Part shown: positions 12,260 to 24,200 of the stretch, in pieces
How positions within the stretch are numbered: position 1 is the first letter of the stretch
Layout: the number at the start of each line of letters is the position of its first letter
Origin: Antedon mediterranea
Lineage: Eukaryota > Animalia > Echinodermata
DNA length: 64,000 nt
Assembly (NCBI RefSeq): GCF_964355755.1
Contig: NC_092675.1
Span: 2,475,812 to 2,539,811, forward strand
Direction of reading: 5' to 3'
Made by a program: the position numbers and the translations under genes
Notes under the pieces: model-generated
What the model was told of the DNA's origin: nothing
Database searches by the model: none
Seen by the model: the letters and a program-made list of their open reading frames with translations, nothing else

Positions 12260-14470
12260 GTGTGTGTGTTTTTTAAATATTAAGGTACGTGGTCAATAAT
12301 AAACTTAACATACGTCTATATTTTACTTTTTAATTCATCAAATTGCGATTGATGCAAAATTAAAATGTCCAGATGATAATGTTTTTTAAAGATTTATTGT
12401 CCCTTACAGAAAACCGCCTTTGTAGAATATGTATCTATCCTGAGCGGGAACCGCCGGTCCGCTCCGCGTTATGTCTAAATGGTCATAAGTAATAACATAG
12501 ATTCTATATTTCTATATATACCGTTGCCACACGTCTGTATAAATTCATCCTTTTTACGTCAGTGTGATTGATGTTAAATGAAAATGTCCCGTAGTGGGTT
12601 ACAAAGGTAACAACGACAATGTCAACGATAACACGGCGGAAACTGAAAGTTAAATCTCATCTATTAATGGCTGTTGAATGATGAAAACAATTGTTTAACA
12701 ATTCAGAGAACTAAACAACAATGATATAAAACATATGGTACAAATGATATGAACATACTGTGCAAATACTATTAAAATATAATAATAAACGTAGAAAAAT
12801 AATCAATAATATAAATATACCGTATAATTCTAAAGTAATTAATAATTATATAGTTTTAAATGTTTCTTTTATTGCACGCCATTCCTGAGTATATTAGCAT
12901 ACATAAAGTTCGGATCGAAGCCCCGATCGCCCAAGCCCCGAACTCACCCAGGCCCGAACCCAAGCCCCGAACCCTGGGGTTAGTTAACAAACACCTATAC
13001 TACACTAAGTAAAATACATAGACGTATATCCATAACCCATACCTCATGATTAAAGGGTAATTTTTGCCACTATAACAGGTATTCGGTAAGTTCATTTAGA
13101 TATCCAACTCATAGCTTAGTGGATAATATTAAACAAAAATCCTCATACAAAAAATATGTAATATACAGTAGAACCACTATTAAGGGGACATCTTGGGGGC
13201 TCAAAACAAAGAATTCACTTGATAGGTGTCCATAGGAGTTGGCCGTAAAACATGAATAGACAAATGGATGCATAGATTTTTTGCAATCCATATTATACAC
13301 AAATTGAAAATTAAATTAAAAAACAGTATACAAATAGAAAAATTTCCCCTGCTTGTCTCACAGAAACATCTCCATTGAATACGGTTTCTACTGTGATACG
13401 GTAGTAAAGCTCTGTCAAACTAGTTTGAAAAAATAGTGAGATTCCCAAACATGGTAGTGATATGCCCAAATATAGTAGTGATATGCCCAAATATAGCAGT
13501 GATATGTCCAAATATGGTAGTGATATCCCCAAATATAGTAGTGACATGCTCAAATATGGTAGTGATATGACATAAAGTTTGATAGTGTAGACAGAGCTTT
13601 ATACTGGTTACAAACAAGATGTTAATATATACAGTTTACACATAGTGTTGTATTGGTGGTGGCGGTAAAAACTAGTTGAAGATTAACAGTATTCAAATCG
13701 TTGAGAGTCGGCTGCTGGGGTTGGGGCTTATTTTGACGAGGGTAGAGGAAGCTCTAGTGTAGTACAGTAGCAGGTATCAACTTTGGCAACATGGATTAAT
13801 AATTACACTACTGAATTTGAATCACTTGATCACATGATATTGCTAATTGAATAGGATACAGTGATACACACTGCATACAGCCACCATCACACAACATACA
13901 CTCACCATCACACTTGTTCCCATTCATCCAATTTTTCCAAATTCAAACCGTTGGAAGGACTTTGTGCCACATGTATAACACGTGACACTGTATCAGGCCA
14001 TACGCATATGATACATAACTTAATAAATGCGTCATGTGATACATATTTGAAACTTTAATAAACGATATTGGACACGCTATCCACACTCATAATCATCATA
14101 TTCCTTCAACTCTCCTCTCCAAAACTAATTTTCGCTGGAATGACAAAGGTAATTTGTTTGTAAGAATTGGATCGGTTGATTTAAGCCTAACAATCTAACA
14201 ACTGCCTTGGTAGGATGTACTCTTCTAAGGTACAGTTTTGAGGCTCCGGACTCACAAACTGTTTTATCTTAGCTCTGCATGTTTTGCATAGGAAAACCCT
14301 GACTCGAAACATTTTCTAATCTTAACTGGTTATATTATAATAAAAGACAGTATACACAGGATTCTATAGCATTCATGAATCACAAATACGAACTTAGGGC
14401 ACTATTTGGTTAGGTATAAAACTTCACAAAAATAGCTATTTACTTTAAAACTATTTCATTGGGATTTTTA

Positions 14471-14501
<31 letters not shown>

Positions 14502-14651
14502 CATTTGGTATTAAAATAAAAAAAAAAAAGGATTAAAAAAAAACTGGTTTTAAAAATACAACAGATAATATACCATATTGTACACATTTTGTTAAAACAT
14601 TATGTAATCATTTTACTACCCATTTTTTTCCCAAAAGGAAGTGTACACTAT

Positions 14652-14811
14652 AGCGTGGTTCCCACTAGCAACGCAACGCAAGGACGTAACGCAACGCAAG
14701 TGAATTGACCAATCACAAGCGATGGCTTATTCGCTTGTGATTGCTAACTGTCTATAACTTCGCTTGTCATTGGTTAAAACGCTTGCGTTACGTTCTAGTG
14801 GGAACCAAGCT
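14652..14811. mobile_element. Harbinger-like MITE AGCTTGGTTCCCACT...AGTGGGAACCAAGCT; right half also at ~8850-8927, relative at ~63167-63294
   Basis: TIRs with a 3-bp TAT duplication; a diverged paralogous empty site (TGTACACTAT|TTAAAACC) lies at ~1190-1210. Confidence 0.65.
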
Positions 14812-15220
14812 TATTCAAAAACTCTGATTTTAACGAGTTACATTTTTTGCAATAACACCACCAGGACCACAAAGACAGGCTCCATTCACAAGAGGATATT
14901 TGGTTTACTTTGACACTTAGGTTTGGTATACTCACACACTAGCAAGAGATACACTTTCACATTGTAATCAACACCTCTAAGTCTCCCACGAACTGCTCAT
15001 ACATATATATATATATAGTATAACATTATACATTGATATCTGTACATTATTGCATAAAATATCATTATTATTATTATAATAATCGATTCATACTTAATTT
15101 TATTTAAACAATAAATACACTATTTACTATTACTTAGTAAATTAGTAGTTTAGCACCAGAGACCAGAGTTATTTTATTACTATAACATATCTTAATACTG
15201 TACTCATACTTTGTACAATT

Positions 15221-18200
15221 TCAGCATCTCGTTTCTGCTTCGTCACACTGTTCATCGTTTTGTGAAGTTGCTAAAAATGTGATCCCGTCATCTGTGTCAT
15301 CTTCTTTTGCGTCAACTTTGATAGGATCAAAGTCACTATTTGTCTCGCTACTTGGGGTCGGTATGTTCAATGGCGTCGGACTCCTTTCCGGAAGGTTCAC
15401 GTTGTACATGTTTGTATGATTGATGGCTGGGCTTAATGATGAGTGAACCTGGTTGTTTGTTGCGCCGTCCGTCATTGTCCAGTATTCAAATGCAAGAGCG
15501 CGAGATTGGTCCAGTCTTTCCTGAATGTCTACCTCTCTTGTATCGATGTGGTCCGTAATAGTACTGTAAGCTGGAGCTGCCCTGTATGGTGTCGGTTGTC
15601 GTATAGAGGTCTTAGTTAACCCCGACTCACTATACATAGATAGGTTAGACTCTGATTCTATACGCGAAAGAGCGCCGAGTTTAGACGGAACTTTTAACTG
15701 GATTGGTTCTTCAAAACCCATTTGTCGTTTAATAGGTCCTGCTTCCGTGTCTGGACTTATTGCCATAGATATCGTGGGTGCAATCATCGTGGCATACTTT
15801 TCAAAAGTACTTAAGCGTTGCTGACTTGATTTAACCTTCTTTTTTGCTTTTGTCCATATGCTGCTCATTGGTGAGATATCGTCTCTTACAGACGAGACTG
15901 GAGTTGCTTCTGCCAAAGACTTAAGAGCGCGCTCACCTTCAAACTCATTCACTTCACTGATTGGTAATTCTAATTTGTCTTTATCAACAGATGTTTTTCT
16001 TGTAGAACTACTTCCTAAGGAGTCTTGCTTACTATCCATGGTTCCCTTTAATGGTAAAAACCCACCAGAAGGTTCCCAGAGGTATGCCAACGCTTCCTTG
16101 GAGGATGCCGTAGACGGTGGTGTAAGGATCGTGTCCGACAGAGTCATCCTTCTTTGTACTGTCGGTTTAGTCGGCGAGTCATCATTAGATCTTTTTTCTG
16201 TCTCGCTTATCGAGTCACGGCTCTCAGACATGGACATGGCTGTAAGGAGATGTTGCAGATAGCGAACACTGTGAACAGTTTGAAAACATACACTCTCCAG
16301 AAGGTTCAAACGTGTGTCTAAAGAATTCAAGTACACTTTAATCAAATTCTCTTTTGCAATTATTTCATCTAATTTTAGTTCTACATTTTCAACCCTACAG
16401 AAATGAAAGAAAGAAATAAATAAACGTGTTTACAATAAAATGTAATAACATAACATTTTATTTTCAAGTTACATAGTAAGGTCACATTCGTTATTCAAAA
16501 ATCCCCAAATTAAAAGAGATACCGGATAAAACTGTGGAGTCTTAAACATAATGTAGACACTTTTTTGTAATGTTTTTGTTTTTGAGTTTGTGTTGTGTCC
16601 GTTGGATATTGTACTCCACCAACAGAGCAAACAGAATTTCTATGTTTTTTCTTAAAACAAATGATAATAAATGATACTTGACTTGACTTGTAAAACTACC
16701 AAACTACAACCAAAATGACAATAAAATAGAAAGTGCATGTCAAGTCTGATCTGACTGCAAGGTTGCAAAATCTAGGTCAGTGCGTCTCGAGTTGTCTAAT
16801 AAACATTGTGCATAGTTGGGCAGAAGGAAAAAAATTTACTGCTTGAATACGAAAGCTTGCTACAAAGTGGAATATATCAATTCCACATTGTGTTTGCATC
16901 AAACGGAGTAGATCCCGCTCATAACATATAAAGTGTGTATACAATGTTTAAAATTGTGAATTAAAACCGAGTTACTTCTCATGCATGTACACCATTTTAC
17001 ACAGTCTATATAATCTAATAATTTGTTGAAAGACAACAAATTAATATCTAGTACTTATTTTTTTAATCTCAAATTTTATCTATTTTATTCTAAAAGAATA
17101 AACAAACATATTTTTTTTTAAACACTACTTACCTTTCATAAGTAGCATTTAACCTTTGTTCATTTGATGATTTTATTCTTGCTTCTTTGCTGCGAAAATA
17201 TAGTTCCATACATTCCTCTTCAAAATCATTTAAAAGCTGTATGTCTTCATCTGGTAAAAACAGCTCTAGGAGTAGGAAACCAATTAAATCATTTATGTGG
17301 GTGATCTAGCTATCAACAATAGTCAGGGGTGGATTCAGTAGGGGTATGAACTACTTTTATGTGGGTGATCTAGCTATCAACAATAGTCAGGGGTGGATCC
17401 AGTAGGGGTATGAACTACTTTTATGTGGGTGATCTAGCTATCAACAATAGTCAGGGGTGGATCCAGTAGGGGTATGAACTACTTTTATGTGGGTGATCTA
17501 GCTATCAACAATAGTCAGGGGTGGATCCAGTAGGGGTATGAACTACTTTTCGATATAGAAACTCCTCTCCTAAATCAGCTTCCTGATTGTTCAGAAGTAA
17601 AAGCATGGATTATAGCACAAGCGTGTTGTATTAACACAGTGCAATATATAGTAAATATAATAACCTTACTTAGTCCTTTGTCCCGACTTGGACGTGTGTC
17701 TCTGCAACAGCAGTGAAGTAAAGTTCTCAAAAACAGGAACACATGTTGAAGAATTACAAATGGTGGTACTAAGATTGACTTTTGTTCATACTCCATGATA
17801 AGACGATATCGTTGAAACTTCCATACTACATCAGATATGTTTCGAATTCTTGCATAAGTGTTACTGAATGAAATAAGTACAGTAGTATAAATTAAATCTT
17901 GTACTTGTTTGATCAGTTAAAATGACCAACTTAGGTAGTCATACAAATATGCATTGGAACATCTTAGGGAGTTCAAATAAGTTTTTATTTCTTTTTGGAT
18001 CCAACACATTTTTTTGCTATATTATCAATTATCAACGATCACCAAATGAGAAAGCATTATATTTTGTAATAACCTGCAACACAGTTTTTAAACAAACTAT
18101 AAAAAAAAACAGTTTTAGAGTTTTTAATTAGAAACACTACAGTACTGCTTATATATAACTGGATTAATTTACTAGGTGTAAATTCATTTATACATACATT

Positions 18201-21200
18201 TATTAGTTTATAACAATAATAACTGGGGCCTGCACTAGAAGCGAAGTCTCATGAGGGCAAGACAATACATATATGTAAAATATCTAGTTTTAACAAATTT
18301 GCAAAAAACAAAACTTACTTAAAAGTTGCAATAAGAAGATTAATAAGTAGAATATTAGCTACAATACAGTATAATGCCATAGCAGAGGGAACAACCCAAT
18401 GACCTGGTACACATTTAGATGGATCTGGTTCATCTCCACAAGCTGTAAAAATTACAACAAGTAATGATATATATTTACTGTACATGAGCAGTTATTTTAT
18501 GTAGTCTAAAAAAAGAAAGACACATTTAAATCATAACATATATATATATATTATTATATTTACGGCCTTACCACGTTGAAACACCGGTTCTCGTCAGATC
18601 ACCAAAGTTAAGCAACATTGGGCCTGGTTAGAGCTTGGATGGGAGACCATCTGGAAATACCGGGTGCTGTATATGGAGTCCCATTAGGCATTTGAAATCA
18701 GCACTGCTGACTCTTATGGCAGCCCCTTGTATCTAGTATCTGCCTCAGACGTATTGGCTTATGCCTCTCCTCTGGTTAAGGTGGGCACTGGATGAGAGAA
18801 GCCCTTAGTCAATGTTGGGTGCTTTAAACAGTCCTGGCTTAGTCATCATTCAGATGTGTAAGACTAATTGAATTGTCAATTAGAAGTTGGCCATATATAG
18901 TCAAGTCTACTCGCCCAAAATGCATAAAAATTTTCCATTCAGAATTTAACATGATTTTCACATGAAAATGGTGGAAGACATGATCTTCTTTATCTCAGGT
19001 AAGTTTTCCTTGATATATTTTGCCAAGTACTTCACTCAGTTTCTAAATGCTTTCATTTCTACTGTTAAGCGCTTTGCATAATGCACTATAGAAGCCCCCA
19101 TTCTTATTACATTTTTTTAAACCAATTGCTTTAGAACTTACGATTAATATCAGATGCATAGACTTCTCCATAAATCATCCAATAGGGTTCATGGAAGATA
19201 TTACGTAGCATTGCCCAACTTGGTTCCATGTTTTGATGTGTGATGGACTGTCGAACTACTCCAAAACTCAGCATAATCAACAGTAGAAGGACAATGAAAT
19301 AAGCCATATCACGCATCTAAAATATAGAGTACACAAAACAGAAGATTAATTGTATTGAATTCCCAATCAAATCAATCTTTGTCAATGAATTGAAATTTAT
19401 TGACAAAGAAAGATTGAGAATTTCAAGCTTGATGTCTATGTTGCCTTTAACTAAAGTATAACCTCTGTTAGGAAGACATCTTCAGGACCCAACAAAGTTT
19501 CCCCCTTAATAAGGGTGTCCCCTGATTAGGTGTTGGCTATAGTGTTAAAATATGTTTCCCCTATTTCATTTAACAAGAAAGTGTCTCCTTAAAAATGGTA
19601 TCCTGAAGAAGGGGGTTCTACTGATTTTTAAAACTCTTGCTTACCATTTTACCCATCATTGTTACAAAGGGCCCAAGATAGATATTAATACTTAGAATAT
19701 CTAAAAACTTGAGATACCAGAAGACTACATCAGCGGAGTAGATGACTCGACCAACTTGGAGTGTTGGCTTATTCATACGAAATCCAAAGCCTAGTAAGAA
19801 TAGCAGTATTGCTACAGAATCGTGGATGTTCCAATAGTCTTCATACCAAACCTCAACCTTCTGGAGTACTTTACTAGGCTCAGATGTAACAAACTAATAC
19901 AATAAAAACCAATTCATTATTTAGTACTTTAAATACAAATACACAGACTATTACAGTGCTGTTGGTTGTTCATGAGTGAGATACCTACTGTACCTGCACA
20001 GACTACAATTGCAATTATTCCCAAATCTGGTGTGTCCATATTTGGGAATAATGACATATGTACGAGTAAAGCTTTGTCTACACTATCAAACTTTATGTGA
20101 CAAAAAATTGTGCTGTGCCCATCTATGGACATGATGATGCCATATCACTACCATGTTTGGGCATATCACACTTTGTTTGTCAAACTAGTTTTATAGTGTA
20201 GTCGGAAGAATCCCATTAAACTAATCATGATTCAATATTTGGAAAAATTATTTTCAAAACAATTAATTTCATTTAGGGATCATGACAAAACTATGCTATT
20301 CAGTTACTGCAGGAACTGAATTTTGTTTACTGCACTACTGAACAATTTTGTTCAACAAGCTGATTTCAATGTAGAAGTTCACAAGCTTTTTTTTCACAGT
20401 TTATCAGATTATCTAAAAAACTTGATAAGAATTGCATAAACATGTTAAGGAGTAAATTGTAGTTACTCCAGTAAAAATAATTTTGACATGTTCCCAAATT
20501 CAAGTTCAACTTGGTGCAGTTGAAGTTTGTTGAAGTTGAATGCTTTGTATTTTTGAAAATATGCGACATGGAGAATTAACTGTAATAATAGATTACCTCT
20601 CTGATTTGTTCAGCAGCGAATGTGACAATATAAAGGACCACAATCCATTCATATAATGAAGGCTTGACTGGTGTTGGTATCAATACAATATAACTATATA
20701 ATCCCATAAACAGAATGAATGTAAGCTGAGGAAAAACAAACAAATAAAAATATGTTAAGCTCACAAATACATACAATATCAAACTAGTTTGACAAAAAAA
20801 GTGTGATGTGTCGAAATATGGTAGTGATATGCCCAAATATGGTAGTGATATGACATCATCATGTTCATATATGGGCACATGATTTTGTGTCACATAAAGA
20901 GTGTAGGCAGCTTAAGTGTTGAGACCCCTCCTTTGGAAAAACTACTTTGAAACACTTATATTCAGGAGACAATCCTATTAAGGGGATGACACCCTTATTC
21001 TAGGAACAGCCCCATTAAGAGATTTCATGAAATGAACAAGGGGTAATGGACAACCACTATTGAGGGAACCACCTCTATTATTAAGGGAACAGTTGTCCAG
21101 GGTTTCCATTTAATAGGGATTTACTGTATAATAGTATTAGCCACTTACAGTTTGAGTCCAAAACTTGGTTATCGGTGCATTGTAGAACTCATATACCTTC

Positions 21201-24200
21201 TTGCCAAGTCTCAGTGATCTGTGTTGTGATAAATTGTGGCTTGTACATGCCACCAACGGTTTAAAACGGCTAGACGACAACTCATTCCTTTGACTTCTCT
21301 ACAGAAATACAAAATACAGTAGTTAACACCCGACAAAACCAGACTGTATATAGAGCAAGTGAGTGGCCAAGCGGTTCGGCCAGTGGAACCGTAATTACGT
21401 AGCCATAACATCGGCAAGGGTCTAAGGCTCACTCGCTCCATGGTTCTGGTGGCAGAACAAGTCTTCTCGGATAATAACTACAAACTGTAGGTCCAGTGTA
21501 CACATCTAGCTCATGTGCACTTTAGAAAACCTAGCACATCTTTCAAGACGAGGGGTAGGGGTTACCTCGGTGTACTAGTACATCACAGCCACTGATCATA
21601 ACTGGGCCCTCTGGGAGACCAGTCTTTGACTGAAGAGTTCATTCGGTATAAATAAAATATTTCAATTCAATTCAAAAACTGAATGTAATACTATGAATAT
21701 AACTAACCAGAGGGATGTGATTAAAATCTTGTTCATCTTCCTCTTCATTTACATTATTTCTAGAGGTTGCTGAGGTTGTTTCATCTTTTTGTTCCTGAAT
21801 AAATTCCTCCAGTGTCTGGGGTTGAAGCTGAAGTTCTTCTTTTGTTTTGAAAGTTAAAGCTAATAAAGTTGGTGGTATAAATATTGCACATAATACCTAA
21901 AATAGAAAAGTAAATACAGTACTGTATATAGTTTATTTATTTTTATTTTTATTTGAACCATATTTAATATGGTTGATCCATCCAGCAATTGCTGATTATA
22001 TGGGACAGATACAATACACAAAATACAACAAGTTAGTTAGGTTTGGCCTGATTGTCCATTGTTCAATTTTGCAGTAACAATACAAAAAATATCTCCAACC
22101 TAACAGATATTTTGTGTTTGAAATTAAGAGGATATTGTATTGTATACATAGAGGAATCATTCGGGATAAATAATTCATAAATGATTCAACTAAGTATAGA
22201 ATAGAAATATATAATGTAATTGATATTAAAAAAATGAAATAGTATTTATATTAGGCTTACTTTGAAATTCATATATTTTCTAAGCTGCAAGCCACCTAGC
22301 CACAGGTCATTTAGCAGTAGCTGGCAGCATATATGTGCTGTAAACTCCCTATGGTTGCCAATTGCTGCAATGCTTAGACATGTTTGATTACTCCAGTTTT
22401 TTAACTGTACTGTCAATAACTGCATAGTAAAATCATCATCTTGACGGTAACACTGGTCTAGTAGATCAAATGCTAAATTCTGGAATTCTCTACAAAAAAA
22501 AAATAGTAGAAAGTTTTGAAAAATGTTGTTGGAGTAGAAACGTTGTATGATGTGTATGTTTATTAACACTACAACAAATCTCTATTGTAGACACTTTGAA
22601 AATGAATAGTGTCTCTTAATAAGGGTCCTACTGTGAACAAGTCATTAAATAGTGGGCAAATAAAACTTACGTGGAATACTTCCTAAGTTCTTCTCCTATT
22701 TCAGTATCAAGGTGAACATCGTTTGCTATCCTCGCCATTCCTTTGTACAACTTGCTCGCAACTAACGCTTTCGCCATTCCTTCTTCGTCCTGCTGCCACA
22801 TGAAGATCGCCATCTTGTGACGCTTCATTAACACCGCCCATGCTAACAGTTCGTTGAATGGGTAATTGAACGTTTCTGAATATTTTACTGATGACTCGCC
22901 CTCTTTGTCTAAATCATTCCCAAATGAAAACCCCTGTTGAAACAAAAATAAAAAACCAAATATGTAAATTAAATTTTAAAGATCAAAATAATTTTAAACG
23001 CCGGTAAGATTCTCACTACTATAATTCTATGACCTAGGGATCGTAGGCAAATAGCAAATGAGATACAGTTCATCAAATCCTTCCATAGGAGAATTGTAGT
23101 TGTACTCATCATGATACAGGCATAAACCATATCTCCCAGTGGTACCTATCTCCACTCACTATAGATAATAAAATGTTACCACAAAACAATAACAGGCACA
23201 AAATATTTGGTTGTGCAAAATTGTCAAAATTCAAGGCAGCTTAGACACACAAAAAATTCAGGACTTGAAAAGGATTTGAACTGAAGACCCTGGATACGTA
23301 TTCACCATAAACCTTCCATTTTGGTATCTGGTCTTACCTTCTTCATGTTTGGATGATACAAATTTCGAAATTTCTTCTTTGTGTAAGCTGACCTGTAACT
23401 TCCTCCCATAAGTTTCTCGACGACGACACCAATGTCATGAAGTGTACAACGATTCACACCAATATCAATCTGTAACACACAAATATTTAGCATTCATTGA
23501 TAAAACACAAGTTACTATAATATGTTTTTATTGCTACCTAGTATTCGAGAAAGAAGACTGACAAAGTAGGTAGTATTGACAATTCTGTGCTGATAATTAT
23601 AATGGTCTATTTTACATTTTTTATTAATATATACGTGTCGCTTCATAAAAGAGGTGTTGCTTCTTAAAAGAGGTGTTCCCCCTTAATAGAGATGTTCCCC
23701 CTTACAGTAATAGAGATGTTCCCCCTTACAGTAATAGAGATGTTCCCCCTTAATAGAGATGTTCCCCCTTAATAGAGATGTTCCCCCTTAATAGAGATGT
23801 TCCCCCTTAATAGAGGTGTTCCCCCTTAATAGAGGTGTTCCCCCTTAATAGAGGTGTTCCCCCTTAATAGAGGTGTTCCCCCTTAATAGAGGTGTTCCCC
23901 CTTAATAGAGGTGTTCCCCCTTAATAGAGGTGTTCCCCCTTAATAGAGGTGTCCCCTCTTACTAGAGGTGTTCCCTCTTACTAGAGGTGTTCCCTCTTAC
24001 TAGAGGTGTTCCCTTTTAATAGAGGTGTCTCCTCTTAATAGAGGTGTCCCCCTTAATAGAGATATTCCCCCTTAATAGAGGTGTCTCTTCTTAATAGAGG
24101 TGTCTCCTTTTAATAGAGGTGTCTCCCTAAGTGCCCCCACTTAATAGAGGTGTTGCATCTTAATAGAGGTGTCGCATCTTAATAGAGGTGTCCCCCCCCC

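Larger units (their letters stand above)
9020..14904. repeat. Tandem segmental duplication, copy 2
   Basis: Junction GATATTTGGT|AGTGATTCAA at 9019/9020; colinear with 2002-9019. Confidence 0.9.

Noticed and set aside
15858-16262. 134-aa plus-strand ORF
   Set aside because: Antisense shadow of the TRPM last exon.
17291-17550. CRISPR-like 64-bp periodicity
   Set aside because: Whole units are identical; this is a simple tandem repeat.
18558-18673. Functional 5S rRNA gene
   Set aside because: Multiple substitutions, altered ends, no terminator and not in an array.
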